NCBI GenBank assembly: GCA_017395425.1
Contig: JAFPUM010000034.1
Span: 26,739 to 90,738 of the forward strand
DNA: 64,000 nucleotides
DNA from: Clostridia bacterium
Lineage (GTDB): Bacteria > Bacillota > Clostridia > Oscillospirales > Acutalibacteraceae
Direction of reading: 5' to 3'
The position numbers and the translations under genes are program-made. Under the pieces are notes generated by a model. The model saw only the letters and a program-made list of their open reading frames with translations. It was not told where the DNA came from and made no database searches. Positions 1 to 9,236 of the stretch are shown piece after piece. Position 1 is the first letter of the stretch. Every line of letters starts with the position of its first letter.

Positions 1-25
1 TATCCCCGAAAACGAAAATCCAAAG

Positions 26-1873
26 TTGGGAGAACTGCGCCGGAAGGCGATGAAGCTCCCGCTGACGCCGGGCGTGTATATCATGCGGGACAGCCGGGAC
101 AACATCATCTATATCGGCAAAGCCAAGGCGCTCAAAAACCGGGTGAGCCAGTATTTCGGTTCGCAGGACGGACACGCCGAAAAGGTGCGCCGCATGGTGC
201 AGCACGTCGATCATTTTGAATATATTCTCACCGATACCGAGTACGAGGCGCTGGTGCTGGAATGCAGTCTGATCAAGCTGCACAAGCCCAAATACAACAT
301 TCTGCTCAAGGATGACAAGGGGTACCATTACATCAAAATCACCAACGAACCCTACCCCCGCGTGGTGGAAGCCAAAAAGACCGAGGATGACGGCGCGCTG
401 TATCTGGGTCCCTATACGAGCAGCTATACCGTGGGGCAGTCGGTGGACGAAGCCTGCCGTATTTTTAAAATTCCCACCTGTCGGCGGGTCTTTCCCCGCG
501 ATATCGGCAAGGGACGCCCCTGTCTGAACGCGTCCATCGGACTGTGCCTGGCGCCGTGCAGCGGCAGGCTGAAAAAGGAGATTTACGACGAAGCCATTGC
601 CGAGGCGAAGGATTTCTTAAAGGGCGGCACGGAGGCTTCCGTCGAACGGCTGACCCGGCGCATGAACGAATGTGCCGAGCGGCTGGAATTTGAAAAAGCC
701 GCCCGTCTGCGCGACCGGATCCGGGCGCTGCAGCGCATGGCAGAGAAGCAGAAGGTGGTCATGAACGCCGTGGAGGAGCAGGACGTCATCGCACTGGCAC
801 AGGGCGCGGGCGGCACCTGTATCGAGGTGTTCCGTTTTCAGGGCGGACGGCTCTGCGACCGCGAGCAGTTCCTTCTGGATGACGTTATCGGCGATCTGCC
901 GCTTTGCCGCGCCGAATTTATCAAGCAGTACTATTCCATACGCGAAGTGCCGCCGCGTGTGACCGTGGACGGTGAAACCGAGGACACTGCACTGCTGGAA
1001 CAGTTCCTCGCCGAACAGCGGGGCAGAAAGGTGAAAATCGCGGTGCCGCAGAAGGGGGAACAGCAGCGGCTGGTGGAGATGTGCCGCCAGAACGCCGCCG
1101 AATATCTGGCGCAGGCCAAGGGAAGAGTGGGGGAAACCACTGCCGCCGTGGACGAACTCGGACGGCTGCTGGGATTGGATCAACCGCCGGAATATATTGA
1201 ATCCTACGATATATCCAATACGCAGGGTGAAAACAATGTAGCGGGCATGGTGGTGTTTGAAAACGGGCGTCCGCTCAAATCCGCCTACCGGCGTTTTCAG
1301 ATCAAGACTGTGGAAGGACAGGACGATTACGGCTCCATGCGTGAAGTCATCACCCGTCGGCTGCTGGAATATCAGAAGCACAAGGACGAGGGCGTGGGCT
1401 TCGGACGGCTGCCCGACCTGATTCTGCTCGACGGCGGCACAGGTCATGTCAATGCCGTGCGCCCGCTGATTGAAGCGTCGGGACTGCCCATTGCGCTGTT
1501 CGGTATGGTGAAGGACAGCAAGCACAAGACCCGCGCCATCGCCGCCGGCGGACAGGAAATCTCGCTCACCCGCAGCCGTGCCGCTTTTACGCTGGTGTCA
1601 ACGATTCAGGATGAGGTACACCGCTTTGCCATTACCTATCATCACAGCAGCCATAAACGTGAGGTGCTTCAGACCACGCTTACCCGCATCGAGGGCATCG
1701 GACCTGCCCGTGCCAAGGCGCTTCTCAGGCATTTCAAGACGATTTCCGCGATTTATGATGCGTCTTTGGAGGAACTTTGTTCGGTGGAAGGTATGAACCG
1801 TACTGCCGCCGAAAATATTCTTGACCGGAAATATAAAAAGCAATGGGCAGAGCCGCTCGATGAATCGGAGTGA
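26..1873 (+). CDS. uvrC: Excinuclease ABC subunit C (UvrC)
   Basis: 615-aa ORF. N-terminal GIY-YIG block (PGVYIMRDSRDNIIYIGKAKALKNRV) and C-terminal helix-hairpin-helix (IEGIGPARAKALLRHF). Start uncertain: TTG 26 or ATG 50, and the frame stays open to the window edge. Confidence 0.93.
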   Translation: MGELRRKAMKLPLTPGVYIMRDSRDNIIYIGKAKALKNRVSQYFGSQDGHAEKVRRMVQHVDHFEYILTDTEYEALVLECSLIKLHKPKYNILLKDDKGYHYIKITNEPYPRVVEAKKTEDDGALYLGPYTSSYTVGQSVDEACRIFKIPTCRRVFPRDIGKGRPCLNASIGLCLAPCSGRLKKEIYDEAIAEAKDFLKGGTEASVERLTRRMNECAERLEFEKAARLRDRIRALQRMAEKQKVVMNAVEEQDVIALAQGAGGTCIEVFRFQGGRLCDREQFLLDDVIGDLPLCRAEFIKQYYSIREVPPRVTVDGETEDTALLEQFLAEQRGRKVKIAVPQKGEQQRLVEMCRQNAAEYLAQAKGRVGETTAAVDELGRLLGLDQPPEYIESYDISNTQGENNVAGMVVFENGRPLKSAYRRFQIKTVEGQDDYGSMREVITRRLLEYQKHKDEGVGFGRLPDLILLDGGTGHVNAVRPLIEASGLPIALFGMVKDSKHKTRAIAAGGQEISLTRSRAAFTLVSTIQDEVHRFAITYHHSSHKREVLQTTLTRIEGIGPARAKALLRHFKTISAIYDASLEELCSVEGMNRTAAENILDRKYKKQWAEPLDESE

Positions 1874-1988
1874 CGGACGGGGAGAAATACGCCGACAAGC
1901 GTTATTTTCGGATGTGTAAAAAAGTAAGAACAATACTTCGACAAAAACCGAAAGTTTTGTGACAAACGACATAATTGTTGATAAAGAC

Positions 1989-2017
1989 TTTACAGGCGGT
2001 CATTTTTGTTGTATAAT
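1989..2017 (+). promoter_or_regulatory. Candidate sigma-A promoter for rsmD-coaD
   Basis: -35 TTTACA (1989-1994), 17-nt spacer, -10 TATAAT (2012-2017), about 85 nt upstream of ATG 2102. Confidence 0.4.
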
Positions 2018-2101
2018 GAACGATACAGTCAGCCAGACCGCTGTCCCCAATGTCCCCAAGTGCGATTTTGGGGCTTGCTTTTCAGGAAAGGATTGCTGCC
2101 A

Positions 2102-2671
2102 ATGAGAGTTATCACGGGAACAGCCAGAGGGCGTCGGCTGAAAACCTTAGACGGCAATGACGTCAGACCTACTGCCGACCGGGTCAAAGAAGCGATTTTC
2201 AGTGTCATCCAGTTTGATCTCGAGGGTCGCCGTATGCTGGATCTGTTTGCGGGCAGCGGACAGATGGGCATCGAGGCGGTCAGCCGCGGCGCGGCTGGCG
2301 CCGTGTTGGTGGACAGCGCGGCAGCGTCGGTTGCCGTGATACGGGAAAATGTGGAAACCTGCGGTATGAACGGCATGTGCCAGATTGTGCAGAGCGACGC
2401 GATGACGTATCTCAGACCCCGCACGGGCAGACAGGAATTTGATTTTGCCTTTCTCGACCCGCCCTACGGAAAGGGTCTTTTACAGGCGGTACTGCCGGGA
2501 GTGGCTTCGGTCATGAAACCGCGCGGCGCGATTATCTGCGAAAGCCCCGTGGATGAAGTGCTTCCCGAAACGGCGGGCGCGTTCCGCGTGGACAGAACCT
2601 ACCGCTATGGCAAGATCAAGGTCACGTTTTACCGCGTGCCTTCACATCCGGAAGGGAGCGATGAGGCGTGA
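2102..2671 (+). CDS. rsmD: 16S rRNA (guanine966-N2)-methyltransferase RsmD
   Basis: The ORF track starts at 2006, but the conserved N-terminus [13 protein letters not shown] begins at ATG 2102. SAM-methyltransferase motifs [19 protein letters not shown] and FLDPPY. Stop overlaps the coaD start (GTGA). Confidence 0.85.
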   Translation: MRVITGTARGRRLKTLDGNDVRPTADRVKEAIFSVIQFDLEGRRMLDLFAGSGQMGIEAVSRGAAGAVLVDSAAASVAVIRENVETCGMNGMCQIVQSDAMTYLRPRTGRQEFDFAFLDPPYGKGLLQAVLPGVASVMKPRGAIICESPVDEVLPETAGAFRVDRTYRYGKIKVTFYRVPSHPEGSDEA

Positions 2672-3207
2672 ACGCAGCAGGCAGCCTCCGGGGCAGGCTC
2701 GCGATCTGTCCGGGCAGCTTTGATCCCGTGACGCTGGGACATCTTGACATTATCCGCCGCGCCGCGAAAATGTTCGATCAGGTCATCGTGGCGGTACTGG
2801 TCAATCCCGGCAAGAATCCGTCGTTTACCGTGGAGGAGCGAATGGATATGCTCCGCCGGTCGGTGGACGGCATCGGCAACGTAACTGTCGAGTGCTTTGA
2901 CGGACTGCTGGCGGATTATACCCGTCAGAAAGGCGCGCAGGTCATCGTCAGAGGGCTGCGGGCTGTGACCGACTTTGAATACGAATTTCAGATGGCGCTT
3001 GCCAACCGCAAGATGAACGGGAACATTGATACCGTGTTCCTCACCACCAGTGCGGAGTACATGTATCTGTCATCCAGCATGGTCAAATCCATTGCCTGCT
3101 TTGGCGGAGATATTTCGGATTTTGTGCCGGCGTGCATCTGCCGCGAAATCAGCGAGCGGCTTTGCCTGCCCGCATACCGCCGCCAGCCGGATGATGTTTC
3201 AAAATAG
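2668..3207 (+). CDS. coaD: Phosphopantetheine adenylyltransferase (CoaD)
   Basis: [21 protein letters not shown] nucleotidyltransferase motif. 179 aa. GTG start overlaps the rsmD stop, with GGGAG about 10 nt upstream. Confidence 0.92.
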   Translation: MNAAGSLRGRLAICPGSFDPVTLGHLDIIRRAAKMFDQVIVAVLVNPGKNPSFTVEERMDMLRRSVDGIGNVTVECFDGLLADYTRQKGAQVIVRGLRAVTDFEYEFQMALANRKMNGNIDTVFLTTSAEYMYLSSSMVKSIACFGGDISDFVPACICREISERLCLPAYRRQPDDVSK

Positions 3208-3248
3208 AGCAAAGACCTAATGTGTTTAAGATAAAGGAGTTATGCAGC

Positions 3249-3764
3249 ATGAAAAGCATTGAAGAACTGCTCGGCGAACTGGAAGCCGTGATGGACAGAG
3301 CCAAGAGTGTCCCTTTTTCTTCGGATAAGTGTATTGTGGACAGCGAAGAGCTGAACCGCATTGTGGAGGATATCCGCATCAATCTCCCGCAGGAGATTCG
3401 TCAGGCCAAGGCAATTGTGGCGGAGCGCAGCACGATTGTGGCGGACGCCAATAAGGAAGCGCAGGACATTCTCAACAAGGCGCAGGAGCGAGCCAAGGCA
3501 CTGCTCAATCAGGAAGCGATTTACAAGGAAGCCAAGGAAAAAGCGGAGAAGCTGCTTGCCGCTTCGGAAGAGCAGGCGAGTGAGATTCTGCGGGGTACAT
3601 TTGTCTATTCCGACAGCATTCTTCTTCAGACGGAGGATACCGTGAATCAGAATCTGGAAACCATTCGTCAAGCGCGGAAAAACCTGCGCGAGGCTGCCAG
3701 AGAAAAGGCTGCCGCCGCCAAGTCGGGCCGCCGCACCGATACGCCCGCCGACGACGAGGAATAA
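3249..3764 (+). CDS. Charged coiled-coil protein of unknown function
   Basis: ATG 3249 is preceded by AAGGAG (3234-3239). K/E/A-rich heptad-like sequence. I recall similar proteins downstream of coaD in Clostridia being annotated as ATPase or V-ATPase subunit H-like, but no catalytic motif is visible. Confidence 0.6.
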   Translation: MKSIEELLGELEAVMDRAKSVPFSSDKCIVDSEELNRIVEDIRINLPQEIRQAKAIVAERSTIVADANKEAQDILNKAQERAKALLNQEAIYKEAKEKAEKLLAASEEQASEILRGTFVYSDSILLQTEDTVNQNLETIRQARKNLREAAREKAAAAKSGRRTDTPADDEE

Positions 3765-3806
3765 TGACGGTCTCTGCCCGTAGGGGTAAGTGCGGATATG
3801 ACAACC

Positions 3807-3853
3807 AAAGCCACAGAGAAACGCACCGCACGCGTTGGTACTGTGGCTTTTTT
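3807..3853 (+). terminator. Rho-independent terminator after the coiled-coil ORF
   Basis: Stem AAAGCCACAG (3807-3816) pairs with CTGTGGCTTT (3841-3850), followed by a T-run to 3853. Confidence 0.7.
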
Positions 3854-3862
3854 GATGGCTGC

Positions 3863-3929
3863 AAAAAACACGCTGCCGGGAAAAATCCTCTTATACGAAA
3901 GATGAGGAAATGCCCGGAAGCGTGTTTTT
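3863..3929. terminator. Second long hairpin with U-tracts on both strands
   Basis: AAAAACACGCTGCCGGG (3863-3880) pairs with CCCGGAAGCGTGTTTTT (3913-3929), with one internal mismatch and a nested hairpin in the loop. A-run 5' and T-run 3', so it could terminate in either direction. Confidence 0.5.
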
Positions 3930-4027
3930 AATTTACACCGGTGGAAAACTTCGGTGCTCTGTTTTAATTTGCTGAATTCCCAGTGGAAAAATATCAAAAA
4001 TTATACTGGTAAAAAATGAATCTGCTA

Positions 4028-4056
4028 TTGACTTATTATTATGAAAAATTTATAAT
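4028..4056 (+). promoter_or_regulatory. dcw cluster promoter (P-mraZ)
   Basis: -35 TTGACT (4028-4033), 17-nt spacer, -10 TATAAT (4051-4056). About 290-nt leader to mraZ. Confidence 0.6.
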
Positions 4057-4067
4057 ATTGAATACAG

Positions 4068-4113
4068 GTGGAGCGCAAATGAGGTGTTGTGGAGGAGAAA
4101 TGGAGCGATGGGG
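4068..4113 (+). promoter_or_regulatory. Phased (G/A)TG(G/A)GG boxes, candidate MraZ operator
   Basis: GTGGAG 4068, ATGAGG 4079, GTGGAG 4089, ATGGAG 4100 and ATGGGG 4108. The first four have 10-11-nt phasing, directly downstream of the -10. Confidence 0.4.
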
Positions 4114-4348
4114 AAGGAATAGGGTGTCAAAATCCCTTTGCGTGAGGTGTCTTTGGATAAAAATGTCTCACAATGGGCGGGACGTTCCGAGTTGATTCAT
4201 CAATCCGATTTCTTTGAAATGATTGTACCATATTCGTGCGCATTTGTCAATGATTTTACAGGATATCCGAAGAATGCCGCTGTTCTGCCGTGGGCAGTGC
4301 AAGGTCGGAGCCGCGTGATCTGACGGCAAAGGGAGTGGAACCGGGAAC

Positions 4349-4807
4349 ATGGATGGATTGGAAGAAATTGTGTTTGCGCGCAAAGCGCTGACAGGCAGTG
4401 CCGTTCACACGATTGACGCCAAGGGACGGATCATCGTACCCGCCAAATTCCGTGAAGCCCTCGGTTCGACGGTCTTTGCCCTCAAAAGCGCTGACGGACG
4501 CTGTATCCGGATCTATCCCGAGATTCAGTTTCTGCGAATGCTCGAAAAGCTGTGCCACAGTGATGTGCGCATGACGGCGCTGCGCCGCAAAATCAGCGGC
4601 TCGGCGGAGCAGCTCAGGGTGGACACCCAGGGGCGTATGCTGGTGCCGGAGGAAATGCGTCTGTCGGTGGGCATCACCGAAAAGGTGCATCTGGTGGGCA
4701 TGATCGAATGGCTGGAACTCTGGGAGGAGCAATCGCTCGAAACCGCCGAAGAGGAGCTTTCCGATGAGGAAGCGCTCCGCATGATGGCGGATCTGGGCAT
4801 TGCGTAA
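4349..4807 (+). CDS. mraZ: Transcriptional regulator MraZ
   Basis: Two SpoVT/AbrB-like halves carrying the MraZ signature DAKGRIIVPAKFRE and DTQGRMLVPEEMR. 152 aa. First gene of the dcw cluster. Confidence 0.9.
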   Translation: MDGLEEIVFARKALTGSAVHTIDAKGRIIVPAKFREALGSTVFALKSADGRCIRIYPEIQFLRMLEKLCHSDVRMTALRRKISGSAEQLRVDTQGRMLVPEEMRLSVGITEKVHLVGMIEWLELWEEQSLETAEEELSDEEALRMMADLGIA

Positions 4808-4863
4808 TGCCGGGGACAGGCTGCAGGGATACATTCGGAAGTTGTGAGGTTTTGTGAAGATTT

Positions 4864-5796
4864 ATGGGCTTGGAGTTCAACCATATTCCGGTGCTGTTTG
4901 AGGAAACGGTAGCATCGCTGGCTGTCAGACCGGACGGCGTTTACGTGGACGGTACGGCAGGCGGGGGCAATCACAGTGCGGCGATACTCGGGCGTCTCGG
5001 TGAAGCGGGACGGCTGATCTGTCTGGACCGTGACCCCGACGCGGTCGCGGCGGTCCGCGAGCGATTCGCGGGCGACGGGCGCGTGACGGTGGTGCAGACC
5101 AATTACAGCGCGATGGCGGAGGTGCTGACAGGATTGGGAATTGACGGTGTCCATGGCGTTCTGCTGGACATCGGCGTATCCTCTCACCAGCTCGATACCG
5201 CCGAACGTGGCTTTTCTTTTCACAACAACGCGCCGCTTGATATGAGAATGAGTCAGGAAGGAGCGACGGCTGCCGATTTATGCAATACCCTTTCATGGCA
5301 GCAGCTCGCCGAGATCTTTACCCGGTACGGAGAAGAAAAGTGGTCGGTGAGGATTGCCCGGGCAATCTGTGCCGAACGCGAAAAACACCCGATTGACACG
5401 ACGTTCGCACTGGCGGATGTCATTGCCGGCGCGGTGCCTGCCGCCGCCAGACGGGCGGGGCATCCGGCGCGCAGGGTCTTTCAGGCGCTGCGCATAGCGG
5501 TGAACGATGAACTGGGAGAATTGGAACGCGGTCTGGAGGCGGCGTTTGGCTGTCTGGTGCCGGAAGGTCGGCTGTCGGTCATCACCTTTCATTCGCTGGA
5601 GGACAGAATTGTCAAGCAGACGATGGCGGGGTGGTGTGAAGGCTGCACCTGTCCGCCCGAATTCCCGGTGTGTGTCTGCGGCAACCGTCCGAAAGCGCGC
5701 CTGCTGACCCGTAAGCCGACTGTGCCGTCCGAGGAGGAACTGACCCGCAATCCCCGCAGCAGAAGCAGCAAACTGCGCACCTGTATCAAACTATAA
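4864..5796 (+). CDS. rsmH: 16S rRNA (cytosine1402-N4)-methyltransferase RsmH/MraW
   Basis: HIPVLFEE, DGTAGGGNHS, LLDIGVSSHQLD and ITFHSLEDRIVK motifs. 310 aa. Confidence 0.93.
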   Translation: MGLEFNHIPVLFEETVASLAVRPDGVYVDGTAGGGNHSAAILGRLGEAGRLICLDRDPDAVAAVRERFAGDGRVTVVQTNYSAMAEVLTGLGIDGVHGVLLDIGVSSHQLDTAERGFSFHNNAPLDMRMSQEGATAADLCNTLSWQQLAEIFTRYGEEKWSVRIARAICAEREKHPIDTTFALADVIAGAVPAAARRAGHPARRVFQALRIAVNDELGELERGLEAAFGCLVPEGRLSVITFHSLEDRIVKQTMAGWCEGCTCPPEFPVCVCGNRPKARLLTRKPTVPSEEELTRNPRSRSSKLRTCIKL

Positions 5797-5998
5797 CATC
5801 CGCCTATTCCTTAATGCGGATGTTATGCCATCGGTTCCGACCGTGGCAGAAGGGTTGGGCTGTCCCGAACGTCCATGCGCGTCAGAACGTGTGGAAGGGA
5901 TAAAAGCTCACCGCCAAAGAGATAATCCGTCGGAAACCCACAGCGGTGGACGATATTGATTTCTGCATTTTGAATTGAATGATACCGGGGAGGTTTGA

Positions 5999-6583
5999 GT
6001 GATTATGTCATCGTCAAGGGATAGTGCCGTTCGTTCCAATCGTGTGAAGAGTGAAGGAAGCGCCGCGTATGATACGCTGGTGTATAAGAGAGTCAGCCGG
6101 AGGGAGCCTCCGGCCGATGACCGTCGGCAGACGCCGACAGCCGCGCACCGGTCGTCTCAGACGCTTCGTCTCCGGCGGGTCAACAAGACCGCGTCACTGC
6201 CGATGACCGGCAAGGCGTTCCGTTCCTTTGACCCCGCGCAGGTCAAGGTGATGGTAGCGGGGGGGCTGGCGCTGGGATTGGCTGCCGGATTCTGTGTACT
6301 TAGCATCGGCTATGAGTCGAAAAAGAATGAACTGGCTTCCAGAATTGCCCAGAAGCAGGCGGAGCTTCAGACACTGCAAAACGACTATCAGGGCATGATG
6401 GTGGAATACGATAAGCGTATGAACGATACCGCTATTGAAGAATATGCGAAGAAGGAACTGGGTATGCAGAAACGGGAGAATTTCCAGCTCAGATGGATCG
6501 AAGTCGGCGAGCAGACCGATTTTGAAAATGACGACACGCAAAAAAAAGGTTTTGTGGAGTGGCTGGCGTCATACTTTGAATAA
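5999..6583 (+). CDS. ftsL: FtsL/DivIC-like septum formation initiator
   Basis: In the position between rsmH and the PBP gene. Single TM segment (VMVAGGLALGLAAGFCVLSIGY) followed by a coiled coil (ELASRIAQKQAELQTLQNDY). GTG 5999 or ATG 6005 after GGGGAGG (5987-5993). Confidence 0.6.
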   Translation: MIMSSSRDSAVRSNRVKSEGSAAYDTLVYKRVSRREPPADDRRQTPTAAHRSSQTLRLRRVNKTASLPMTGKAFRSFDPAQVKVMVAGGLALGLAAGFCVLSIGYESKKNELASRIAQKQAELQTLQNDYQGMMVEYDKRMNDTAIEEYAKKELGMQKRENFQLRWIEVGEQTDFENDDTQKKGFVEWLASYFE

Positions 6584-6888
6584 ACGCCAAATAGAATAGG
6601 AATGAAGGAAGGCGGGCGCCTGGACTGCCCGGCGCGGTGTGCGCGTACCGAATAACGCCGCGGCGCACGGCGGGGCAAGCGTCCGCCTGTTATCTCGCCG
6701 TGTCAGACGGCGGGGATCATGACGGAGAGAGTTGAGAGTTTGCATCTTAACTCTCATTTTGCGTTGAATCGGGTCATGCCCGAACGGGGAATATGTGCGG
6801 AGGTGTATCATTGGCTAAACCGTCAGACAAAAACAGAAAATTCAGCTGGATTCCCGGCTTTTTCAAATCCTACAAGGGCCCCGACCGT

Positions 6889-9201
6889 ATGTCCAAAAAT
6901 ACGGCGATATTGATGGGCGTGGTAGTGCTGGTGGTGCTGTCGATTTTCGGCAGGCTGCTCTACCTGATGGTGCTCAACAAGGACGAATATCAGCAGGCTG
7001 CTGTCAGCCAGCAGCTCAAGGTGGTCAACCGTCCTGCCAACCGCGGCACCATTTACGACGCCAACGGAGAAAAACTCGTGCAGAGTGCCGCCGCGTGGGT
7101 GATTTATCTCTATCCCAAGCAGATTCAGGAGGATCAGCGCGATATGCTCTGCCGCGAACTGGCGGACGTGCTGCATCTCGATTACGACGCGGTCGCGGCG
7201 CGCAGCAATCTCAACAGCAACTCCGTCAAGCTGACCACCAAGGCGGACAAGGAACAGAAGGATCTGCTGCAAGCCTTTATCTACCGCACCTGCTATGTGC
7301 GGGATGTGCAGATCACGGACGAAAACGGAAAAAAGAAAACTGTGGAAGAGGTCTATCTGGAGGACCACCCCGAGCTGGAACTCAAGAAGGTCGAGAACTA
7401 CCAGTATATCAAGGGGATATCCCTCACGGTGGATTCCAAACGGTATTATTATCACGGTTCCCTCGCTTCGACGGTGATCGGCTTTGCCAATTTTGACAAT
7501 GTCGGCTCCGGCGGCGTGGAGGGATATTACAACAGCGAACTCAAAGGCGTGGACGGCAAGATCATCAAGGCGAAAAATTCCAAGGGCGGCGAAATGCCCT
7601 TCGATTATGACACCGTGATTGAGCCGATCGACGGCAACAGTCTGGAACTGACCATCGACGCCAGTATCCAGGCGGTGCTGGAAAAATATCTGCGGCAGGC
7701 ATATGTGGATAATAACGTTGAAAACCGCGCCGTGGGTATCATCATGAACGTAAAGACCGGCGGTATCCTGGCGATGGCGACAATGAATGATTACGATCCC
7801 GCCAATTATCTCGCTATCAAGGATGCCGCGGCGCAGCAGAAAATCGATGAGATCGAGGATCCCAAGGAAAAGCAGAACGCGATCAACGCGGCACAGCAGC
7901 TCCAGTGGCGCAACAAAGCCATCAGCGACGCCTATGAGCCGGGTTCGGTGTTCAAGCCCATCACCATGTCGGCAGCCCTTGAAGAAGGGCTGACCAGCAT
8001 GAGCGATACCTTTACCTGTCCCGGCTACAAACTTGTTGGCGGACGTATCATTCACTGCCACAAGGTGAGCGGTCACGGTACCGAGACGCTTACCCAGGGC
8101 ATGATGAATTCCTGCAACCCCGTGCTGATGACGCTCGGCGAGAGACTGGGCGCGGCAAACTTCTACAAGTATTTTACCGCCTACGGTCTGACAACCAGTA
8201 CAGGCATTGACCTGCCGGGCGAAGCACCGGGCGGCAGTTACCATAAAGAAGAGGATCTGACAAAACCGCAGGAACTGGCAACGTCTTCCTTCGGGCAGAC
8301 CTTTACGGTGACGCCCATTCAGATGATTACGGCGTTCGCGGCGGCGGTCAACGGCGGATATCTCCGTCAGCCCTATGTGGTGGAAAAGATTATCGACCCC
8401 GACGGCAACATCGTCAAGAGCCATGAACCCGTGGTCAAGCGGCAGGTCATTTCCGAAACCACCTCGCATAACATCGACATGATGCTGGAAGCGACGGCGG
8501 GCGTGGGCGGTACGGCGCACAACGTCTATATCAGCGGCTACCGTATCGGCGCCAAGACCGGTACATCCGAAAAAATCGCGACACTCGCCACCACCGGCGA
8601 GCGGAAGTATGTCGCCTCGATGGGCGCGGTGGTGCCGGTGGACGATCCGGAGATCGCGATTCTCATTCTGCTCGACGAACCCAACAATCCCCGCAGCCAC
8701 GGCGGCGGCACCATTGTGGCGCCGGTGGTGCGCAATGTGCTGTCGGAGGTGCTGCCGCATCTGGGCATCGACACCATTTATTCCGAAAACGACGCGCGGC
8801 TGATGGATACGATGGTACCCAACGTGGTGGGACAGTCCACGGAAGAGGCGACGGCTGCGCTGGAAGCCAAGGGACTGAACGTCCGCGTCATTGGCGAAGG
8901 CAGTACCGTGACCGGACAGATTCCGTCCGGTTCCCGCAGCGCGCCCAAGTCCAGCACCGTGGTGGTCACCACGGAATCGGACGGCGAAGTGCCGATGACC
9001 ACGGTGCCTGATCTCGTGGGGCTTTCCCCGACGCAGGTCGCGTGGACGGTCAAAAACAAGAATCTCAATATCCGCTATTCCGGCACGGGCTATGAGAGCA
9101 GCAGCGGCGTTTCCAAATCGCAGGATATTCCCGTAGGCAGCCGCGTGGAGCAGGGAACTGTGGTCACGGTGGAATTTTCCGTGACCGGCATCACGGATTA
9201 A
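6889..9201 (+). CDS. Class B penicillin-binding protein (FtsI/PBP2B/SpoVD-like) with two PASTA domains
   Basis: TM anchor, transpeptidase motifs (SVFKP, SCN, KTGTS) and two C-terminal PASTA-like repeats (VPNVVGQSTEEA..., VPDLVGLSPTQV...). The ORF is open from 6793. ATG 6889 (MSKNTAILMG) was chosen as start because it immediately precedes the TM anchor. Confidence 0.9.
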   Translation: MSKNTAILMGVVVLVVLSIFGRLLYLMVLNKDEYQQAAVSQQLKVVNRPANRGTIYDANGEKLVQSAAAWVIYLYPKQIQEDQRDMLCRELADVLHLDYDAVAARSNLNSNSVKLTTKADKEQKDLLQAFIYRTCYVRDVQITDENGKKKTVEEVYLEDHPELELKKVENYQYIKGISLTVDSKRYYYHGSLASTVIGFANFDNVGSGGVEGYYNSELKGVDGKIIKAKNSKGGEMPFDYDTVIEPIDGNSLELTIDASIQAVLEKYLRQAYVDNNVENRAVGIIMNVKTGGILAMATMNDYDPANYLAIKDAAAQQKIDEIEDPKEKQNAINAAQQLQWRNKAISDAYEPGSVFKPITMSAALEEGLTSMSDTFTCPGYKLVGGRIIHCHKVSGHGTETLTQGMMNSCNPVLMTLGERLGAANFYKYFTAYGLTTSTGIDLPGEAPGGSYHKEEDLTKPQELATSSFGQTFTVTPIQMITAFAAAVNGGYLRQPYVVEKIIDPDGNIVKSHEPVVKRQVISETTSHNIDMMLEATAGVGGTAHNVYISGYRIGAKTGTSEKIATLATTGERKYVASMGAVVPVDDPEIAILILLDEPNNPRSHGGGTIVAPVVRNVLSEVLPHLGIDTIYSENDARLMDTMVPNVVGQSTEEATAALEAKGLNVRVIGEGSTVTGQIPSGSRSAPKSSTVVVTTESDGEVPMTTVPDLVGLSPTQVAWTVKNKNLNIRYSGTGYESSSGVSKSQDIPVGSRVEQGTVVTVEFSVTGITD

Positions 9202-9236
9202 CGGGTCATTTGCCCCTCAGGTGACAGGAGGTTACA

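Noticed and set aside
2006-2101. N-terminal extensions offered by the ORF track: 2006 for rsmD, 6793 for the PBP, 21901 for udp, 25159 for the serpin, 27663 for the lipoprotein, 28551 for dnaE, 32299 for pfkA, 37401, 45070 for the AEC transporter, 46604 for glmS and 61989 for the sortase substrate.
   Set aside because: The conserved N-termini, signal peptides or SD sequences begin at internal starts. Several extensions run through terminators, promoters or the preceding gene.
4138-4323. 61-aa ORF inside the long mraZ leader.
   Set aside because: Non-ATG start, no SD, no motif. More likely untranslated leader, though the 290-nt leader itself remains unexplained.
6727-6755. GAGAGTT GAGAGTT duplication with an AACTCTC hairpin in the ftsL-PBP spacer.
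   Set aside because: Only two heptamer copies, of a different sequence from the AGTGAAT family. The 7-bp stem has a weak T tail. Too little to call.
6823-8760. Very long antisense ORFs throughout the window. Examples: 6823-8760 (645 aa), 9198-10637, 12409-14217, 22960-24531, 29046-31733 (895 aa), 46622-48586, 50708-52249, 52840-54606, 54603-56057, 56653-59067 (804 aa), 59307-60818, 60724-61968 and 61923-63431.
   Set aside because: Each lies entirely opposite a gene with unmistakable conserved motifs (PBP, murE, mraY/ftsW, dnaE, glmS, argS, ddl, activase and others). Their translations are R/H/G/A-rich with no motifs. Such shadow ORFs are expected in GC3-rich genomes, where the antisense frame is depleted of stop codons.
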